DNA of 64,000 nucleotides from Naegleria gruberi (Eukaryota): NCBI GenBank assembly GCA_000004985.1, contig GG738862.1; one strand, 5' to 3'. Shown piece by piece: positions 56,988 to 64,000 of this stretch (position 1 is its first letter; each line of letters starts with the position of its first letter). The notes under the pieces were generated by a model. It saw only the letters and a program-made list of their open reading frames with translations, ran no database searches and was not told where the DNA came from. The position numbers and the translations under genes were made by a program.

Positions 56988-58840
56988 CGTACACTCTTAA
57001 TGGCCAATTTCACGATACTCATACCATCATGATCTAGTTCATCTAATTTGAAATAATTCAGTGCTCTACCATTCCTCTTAACACATTGATCAACAAAGTT
57101 GAAATCATTTCTAAATAAGCTATTTCTGGCTAGAAAATCGCTCAAATGATAAATAATTCGATTGCAAGCCAATATCACAAATTCTGATTTCTTCTTGTAA
57201 ACATCATCAAGATACACAAAGCATTCTCCATTTACCTCGAGACATCTTCTGATGAAATCTTCATCTTGCTTTAGATTCTTATTCAATTTTTCAAAAACTC
57301 TACAATTTTGTTGGATGGCAACCAATAAAAACTCTTTATCCTGCCTCAACTCTTGTCCCATATAATCAAAACAGGTTGCAAATTTGAAAAGCATTGGTAA
57401 CACTATTTCCTTTTTAGATTTGATTTCGGCACTGGCCAAATAGAGAGCCCTAGCAGAATGCTCTCCTGCCAATTTAACAACATCTATATCCCTCCATAAA
57501 CTTGGGTGCACAAACTCTGTTGCTTGCCCGTTTTTCTTTAAAGCCAAGAGGACTATTTCCTTGTCCTTTTGGAACTCTGAAGCAGCATATCTAAGTGCAT
57601 AACCATTTTTTGAAACTGCTTTCAATACTATTTGCCTGTCTTTCCTCAATGCAACTGAGCCAAACCTCAAATGTATACCATCTGCCTCAATAGCCTTTTC
57701 AATAATTTGTCTATCATTTGAAAATATTTTTTGGAAATAATTAATTGAATATCCATTTTGAGAAACAGCAAAAAGAGCTATCTCTCTATCTTTCAGTAGT
57801 GTTGGGTCTGCATATTGGATGGACATTCCACTTTGTTTAACAGCTTCCAATACTAACTCTCTGTCTAACTTTAAATTATTATCTGCATGTTTCAATAATT
57901 TACCATCGTGTCGAACAACTTTCATCATTATATCTCTATTTGATCTGAATGAATCATTGAAAAACCCAATAGCACCAGGAAATTCAAGCAAAAGATCCGT
58001 TGTTTTTAAATCCTCTCTTATACTGTTAGTAGCATATATGTTTTGACTAAGGGCTGCTCTTATTGTATCTAGATCATTTGACAGAGATTCATCCACATAT
58101 CCCAGTAGCAATCCATTGATATTTAAAGCTTCCAATACTAACTCCTTGTTTGACCTCAAAGATTGGTGTGCAAGTTTGAAAATTGAGGGATGTATCCTAG
58201 TACATTCCATCATTATTTCAGAATCCTCATTAATACTCTGTTTGAGCATTTTGCTCTCATAGCCATTAATATAATTGTCTATTTCACTAGGACATTTTCT
58301 TATTTGTGTGTAGAGATTATTCTTGAAATCTTCTGTAAACTCTGTCCTATTTCTAATTAGCTTCATATCCCAGTCTTTGAACTCTTGAGTTGCTGTTAAT
58401 AATGAGTTCACAGTCCAACTAACATATTGCCTTGATGATGGATTCTGTACAAATGCTTTAAAAACCACATCAAAGTCAGCTGAGAAATGAGGGGCGCTTT
58501 GCAATAACATTCCATCCAAGCCAACAGCATCCAAGGTAGCCTCTTTATCTTTCTGCAAAATTTCATATTTTGCATAAATCTTTGGATTCACCCTCACTGC
58601 TCTTCTCATAAAATTCAAATCATCTCTCTTCTCTTTAGGAATGTATGGTTTCTCCATATTTCTAAATGATTCAAGTAATAATTCCTCTTCATCTCTCAAC
58701 AATAAACTCAATTGAGGAATTGTCGGAATGAAATGTAATGCCAAACTGTTGATTTGAATTCTAGAATACAAAGCAGACAATTTTTCAGATCGGAACGATT
58801 GATCGAGTACAATAATCACACAATCATCATTTCTATTCAT
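56984..58840 (-). CDS. DUF4116-type repeat protein
   Basis: About 15 repeats of DxEIVLxAVxxNGxALxYAS..., paralogous to 41376..42953. Confidence 0.7.
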   Translation of the reverse strand: MNRNDDCVIIVLDQSFRSEKLSALYSRIQINSLALHFIPTIPQLSLLLRDEEELLLESFRNMEKPYIPKEKRDDLNFMRRAVRVNPKIYAKYEILQKDKEATLDAVGLDGMLLQSAPHFSADFDVVFKAFVQNPSSRQYVSWTVNSLLTATQEFKDWDMKLIRNRTEFTEDFKNNLYTQIRKCPSEIDNYINGYESKMLKQSINEDSEIMMECTRIHPSIFKLAHQSLRSNKELVLEALNINGLLLGYVDESLSNDLDTIRAALSQNIYATNSIREDLKTTDLLLEFPGAIGFFNDSFRSNRDIMMKVVRHDGKLLKHADNNLKLDRELVLEAVKQSGMSIQYADPTLLKDREIALFAVSQNGYSINYFQKIFSNDRQIIEKAIEADGIHLRFGSVALRKDRQIVLKAVSKNGYALRYAASEFQKDKEIVLLALKKNGQATEFVHPSLWRDIDVVKLAGEHSARALYLASAEIKSKKEIVLPMLFKFATCFDYMGQELRQDKEFLLVAIQQNCRVFEKLNKNLKQDEDFIRRCLEVNGECFVYLDDVYKKKSEFVILACNRIIYHLSDFLARNSLFRNDFNFVDQCVKRNGRALNYFKLDELDHDGMSIVKLAIKSVR

Positions 58841-59448
58841 ATTGTATATAAATATTCAACATATGTTACAGAGTAAATCTAATTGATTGTTATATTTTTT
58901 TCGAAAATATGAAAAAAGGCTTAAATATGATTATTCAATGTCCCAACAAGAAATGTGAGTTCAAAGTTAGCGAGTATCACGCCAAGTAAGGAAGTAATAA
59001 ATATCTTCCTAGCTGGGTGTATAATCCTTAATGAGTGGTAGCATAACAAATAATTGTAAAGTGGACAAATGAAATAATAATAAACAGCTGGAACTAGGTT
59101 TACAACATGAATTCACGTCCCTACCTCCTCTTGACCCTCATTTTCATTTTTCCCAAAAGTGCACTCACCATGTATGTTATTCATCCATTCAAGGCTTGAA
59201 ATATCTTCACATATTATCTATCTTACAGTATCATATTGTTAGATAATAACGGTTTTATGCCTTCTCCAACCACATAATAACTTACTGTCCCAGCTGTCAG
59301 CAACAATGCCTGGTCCATACTCCGAATCTTGAACACAATCAGTACTCCTTCGCCTGAGGTCAGGAGTATCTTGAGTGCTCTTCTTAACATGTTGGACCTC
59401 TCACAATTTTTCTCAATTTTTTTTCATAACATAAAAAATCAAAGCATC

Positions 59449-60450
59449 ATGAAGTACATTATTGCCGCAGTTGTTTGCTGCTTGTTGTTCAGCAGTGCTG
59501 TATTGGGTGCCGATGTCAATGAAAAGTTGAGAGCCAGTATTAACAAGGCTTCTGGATCAAGCTCCTTCGATTACTTTGTAAGTTATTCATGATAGGTGGA
59601 TTCTCACCATTGTTTTTTGGTATTATTCGTAAAATTATCTTCATCATGATGATATCTTTATGAACAAATATGTTGATCATTTTGTTGATAAATTATTATT
59701 AACGAACGGTTGACAAATTTACAATTTAATTAGGTTTTTGCCATGACATGGCCAGGTAATGCTTGTCGTCAATTAACTCCTTGCCAAATTCCATCCAACA
59801 TCAAGGACTTTACGTAAGTTTGTTAATGAATCATCATTTAATGATAACAATAATTATTTATCATTATCAACATTTTGCTAATGGATGAAAATGCAAATAA
59901 TACAGTATTCACGGATTGTGGCCTAGCCGTAAGACTGGTCCAATGGGTCCATTCTTCTGTGGAGGAAACTTTGTTTACAGCCAAATTCAAGATTTATTGT
60001 CAGACATGAACCAATATTGGACTGGTATGTTTTTAATGCATTGCATTTAATGTTTACATAGAATGTTAATTAATAGACTACAAGAATGAAATTCCATCCT
60101 TCTGGAGCCACGAATATGAAAAGCACGGTACATGTGCTGCTTCCTTGCCATCTCTCAACTCTGAATACAAGTTCTTCAAGGCTACTCTTGATTTGAGAAA
60201 GAGCATGAATATTCTCCCATCATTTGCTGCTGCCGGTATTGTCCCAAGCGATGGTCAATCATACCATATTAATCAATTGAAGAGTGCTATGAATTCTGCT
60301 GGTTATGGTACTCCTGCATTCTCTTGTTTCCACGGTGAAGAACACATTACTGAATTGAGATTCTGTACTGACAAGAATTTGAAGTTCATTGATTGTCCAA
60401 TTAGAGACCAATGTCACGATTTGGTTATGTTGGATGCTATTCACTATTAA
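59449..60450 (+). CDS. Secreted ribonuclease T2; exons 59449..59577, 59734..59813, 59906..60024, 60077..60450
   Basis: Signal peptide. CAS I (IHGLWP) and CAS II (FWSHEYEKHGTCA) motifs in exons 3 and 4. GTAAGT/GTATGT introns of 52-156 nt with phases verified. Confidence 0.85.
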
Positions 60451-60861
60451 TCAATTTAATTGACTATTGTTTTGCTGCATTGCAACAACTAATTTATTTA
60501 TTAATCAAATTAAATTATTGAATAAACAATCTATTTATTTAGACTATTTTTGAAGTTTGCAGAAAATCAAAGTGCATCATCCAATTTCAAACATTGGCAC
60601 TTTTAACCTTGTTGCGCTCCAATGGCAGTTTTTGAAATAAACATCTTCCTCTCTCCGAATACTACTGTCATAAGAGGCGTCGTTACTGTAGTATGCTATT
60701 ATCAACAAACTACGTTGCTACTGAAACCAAACGTGCTTTAAAAGGAATTGATTAAGTTTGAGTTCACATTTTTGAAGTCTGGTTGCTTATTGCATTCGAA
60801 AATTCAACTCTCACCTTGAATTCGGGTATTTAGGATGACTTGTTATCACTCAACAAAAAAA

Positions 60862-63141
60862 ATGGGCAAACTCCGCCTCTCAACAAGATTGTTTCAATCA
60901 TCATTATTTCTCCTACTCGTTTTGTGTGTTTTATCCAACCAACAACAGCTGCAACAGGAAAATTGGTATGACTCTTTGAGTGACAGTTGGGTGGATGCTT
61001 ATGTTTCATCTTATCTCAACGCATACATGTGGAAAACCTCATCTCTCGCATCTACAACCATTCAGTCAAGAGATGGTTTGATTCAATATTTGAGAGGAAC
61101 AAACCATACGGCTGGTCAATCGCAGCAGAGTGTGAAAATTGGGGTTTTATATCACAAGGTTGATTTGGAACATGTGAAAAACATGTGGCAACAGGTGAAG
61201 GAGTTTTATGGATGGACATCAGACATGGACACGTTCAAGTATTCATTTCTTACAGTAGATGACATGGATTTTACATGTAGACAATTTCATGCATTTGATG
61301 ATTTTGATATTGTCGTTACGAGTGAGGAATACTTTTATAAGATTGTTAGAGTTTTTAGAACAGGAAATAGGAAGGATAATGGGATTTGGTACACATACGA
61401 AGATTTTCAAAGTTATTCGATTGTTCCAATTAAGATTTTACAAATAGCAAAAGAACCGAATATCTATTCGATTGTCAATTATTTAGAATCTAGAATAGAT
61501 TCAAATTGCACTAATAGTAGTGTTATTTATCAACATGATAGCACTGAAGAAATCATTTACAAAATAATATCAAACTCTTTAAATGGAACTATTTATGAAA
61601 ATTCGGATTTTCAAAGATTTGTAAAGAAATTTAGTCCAAATTCATTAATATTGAGTTCAAACTCTGTGGAAGATTTGAAGTCACTCCTCATATCAAGACT
61701 AAATTACGGGTCGTCTTCATCAAATTATTATCAAAATTTCAAAACTTTCCTTCGACCAAATTGCACACAATGTCTCAATGATTTTTGTGCATCTGTCAGT
61801 TTCATACAGACTGATTATTGGATTGTTCCGAGTACAGTTATGGTAATTCTCTATTTTGCAGCTCTGTTTCTCTCCAAAGCTTTTCTAACACCTTCTATTA
61901 AGAGAAGATTATTGATTCCCTATCTTCCATTTATAATTGTTTATATTGAATCTCAATATTTGAGTCCAATTCTCAATTATTGCTCAAGAGGAAGATTGTT
62001 AATTCTTGGATTTGTCATTAATTGGTATCTCATAACTTATGGATTGACCATTATTAGATTGTACTTGTTGAGAAATATGTACACTTTGATTTCGAAATCA
62101 AAATTTTCAAATATTAGAATTCAAAAGATACTCTCAGGAGATTTAATAGGAATAGTTCTAACAGGAGGTTTATCTTTCCTAATTACCTGTTTCATTTCTC
62201 TTCCTTTCTATTTCGTTTTCCTCCCTCAAGATCAATACCTTTTCAGTAGCATCTTTATTGGAATAAGTGTAGTTTTGGGAAGTCTTTTGTCATTACTTGG
62301 AGTTGTTATTGATATAATTACCAATAGAAAAAAGTTCTCAAAGAAAGGTATCAGTTATTACATTTTCTTTGATGATCCATTCATGATAAGAATTGAACTC
62401 TTGTCACTTGCCATGATTACCATTCTTGTTGTAATTCTTGGAACATTGAATTTATATGGAATACCAGTAAGTTTATATTCATGTGAGTGACTCTAACTGT
62501 TGTCTTCTTTTTAACACCTACAGGATCCTGCTGAAATTCATTTGGAAGAATTCTTTAGATTTCTCATATTCGTTCTGGTTATCATAAATTCAGGAGGAGT
62601 TTTCACAATCAAATTCATCTTTTCAAAGATTATGAGAATTAACAAGACACATCATGAAATTTCAGATATTGAACAATTTCTAAAAAACGACGAGTTTAGA
62701 AACTTGTTACAAGAATATTGCAGAAAGGAAATGTCTCTGGAAAATATGGTTTGTTTCGTTCATTTGGAAGAATTGGAAAAGAATGGAGAAAAACCATTGG
62801 ACTTGGCAACAATGAAAGATTTTGAGAAGAATTACATTGAGAATAATGCAATTTATGAGATTAATATTGCTTCCTCTCTGAAAAAGTCATTTTATGATTT
62901 GATGAGAAGGTGTGAAAATTCAAGTCAGGTCAATAAGAGTGGAACTGAGCTTAGTCAATTTGGAGAATCAAAGGAAAATTTGAATGTTGATTCGTCACTT
63001 CCTAAAGTTAAAGAACTTATTGACCTTTTGAAAACTTCAATTTTACAAAATCTTGGTGATACTCTTTCACGATTAGAAACAACGAGTCAATTCAAGCATT
63101 GGTATGAAGTTTATAACATTCAATCCAAGAATCAAGTTTAG
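60862..63141 (+). CDS. Signal peptide, ectodomain, 7TM and RGS receptor; exons 60862..62466, 62524..63141 (alternative start 60835)
   Basis: A 57-nt GTAAGT..ACAG intron lies between the TM7 region and the RGS exon (..EFRNLLQEYCRKEMSLENMVCFVHLEELEK..). Confidence 0.7.
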
Positions 63142-63408
63142 GTAAGCCTTCATTTTCCTTTCCATTGTTGTGAATGGCAGCAAATCAAGTTTCGAATAAA
63201 TTTTTCACTTTGAAAAGACAAGATTGATACGTAACCACAAAGACACAGTAAGAATGCGTTCCATCCAATTTTGTTTGACACACATCAAATCACAACGCAG
63301 CTTTCAGTTAGAAAAAAAACATAAAAATGGTTTTCACACTTGTCTTTGGGTTTGTATTCATAAAATAAATATTCGAATCATGACTGACCTTTAAGTCTTG
63401 GAGAAAAC

Positions 63409-64000
63409 ATGGCTCATCAATTATCCAACGATAATGATGAAAGACTTTCAACTCCTAAAGAAGTTCTTCGATTGAAAGATAAGAAAATTACAAGTGTTGG
63501 ATGTGGTGATAAATTTACAATACTTTGCACAGGTTAGTAGTGATGATCATTATGAAAGAAATAATAATATGGAGGATTATTGTTGTGATGTGATGCTGAT
63601 GATGAATAATATTGCCGATATGTTGATGATGATGATGATGATATTAATGTGTTGATAATGATGATGAAATTTGATTGAAATTTAATTTTGACTTTTTGAT
63701 GGAATAATAGATGACCATTTACTTTATACTTTAGGTGATAATGATTATGGACAATTGTCTTTGGGACATTTCCGTAACTGCACTTCATGGACAAGTATTA
63801 ATTTGAGTATTAAAATTGAAGCATTGGTTTGTGGAGATTATCATACGATGGTTTTATCTGATCATGGTGAAGTTTATTCATGTGGTCGTTCTGATAAATA
63901 TCAATTAGGATTAAATTCAACAGAATCACTTCCAGAATTGAGACGTGTTTCAATCAAGGAACGTGTCAAGACAATTTCATGTGGAGCTAACCATTCCATT
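63409..64000 (+). CDS. RCC1-repeat protein, 5' part (exon 1 63409..63532, intron with (GAT)n microsatellite, exon 2 63735..>64000)
   Basis: GDNDYGQLSLG and SCGANHS blades. GTTAGT..TTTAG intron of 202 nt. Runs off the window. Confidence 0.55.

Noticed and set aside
1-64000. CRISPR arrays, prokaryotic operons, phage or plasmid features
   Set aside because: None seen. Spliceosomal introns, tRNA cloverleaves with eukaryotic features, 5S rRNA and CaaX or signal-peptide proteins all indicate eukaryotic nuclear DNA.

Overview
This is a gene-dense (about one gene per 1.7 kb), AT-rich eukaryotic nuclear segment with genes on both strands. Short spliceosomal introns of about 40-60 nt (occasionally 100-200 nt) start with GTAAGT, GTAGGT or GTATGT and end in AG. 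I reconstructed these by hand from the ORF track. Multi-exon models include a cytochrome P450 (4 exons), an Xaa-Pro aminopeptidase (3 exons), an RNase T2 (4 exons), an F-box gene and several hypothetical genes.

Clearly recognisable genes:
- actin
- an EF-hand myosin-light-chain/calmodulin-like protein
- an atypical Rho GTPase
- aminopeptidase P
- a P450
- a eukaryotic-type Ser/Thr kinase
- RNase T2
- an RCC1-repeat protein (runs off the 3' edge)
- a bacterial-type flavodoxin-fold NAD(P)H oxidoreductase (KefG/MdaB-like)

Pol III genes are dispersed among them. There are four tRNAs (Thr-AGT, Gln-TTG, Asn-GTT, Lys-CTT) and one 5S rRNA on the minus strand immediately downstream of actin.

The accessory character of the window comes from lineage-specific families:
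- at least seven F-box-like genes with different C-terminal modules (Sel1 repeats, LRR, TM helices, a kinase relic)
- three paralogous 7TM-RGS receptor genes
- two DUF4116-repeat genes
- two signal-peptide proteins with very lysine/arginine-rich tails
- a helical protein with a glycine-rich TM hairpin, similar in architecture to alpha-pore-forming toxins

Several loci look interrupted by single frameshifts (the MYND gene, the 26.2-24.6 kb minus-strand gene, and the 4.2-7.6 kb acidic protein). A 264-bp insert flanked by a perfect 16-bp direct repeat sits about 100 bp downstream of tRNA-Lys.

The taxon cannot be fixed from sequence alone. Codon usage (TTG/AGA/GGT/GCT/CCA), the intron style and the domain repertoire are compatible with a compact amoebozoan or an early-diverging fungus-like protist. 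All functional calls rest on motif recognition by eye. No database searches were possible.
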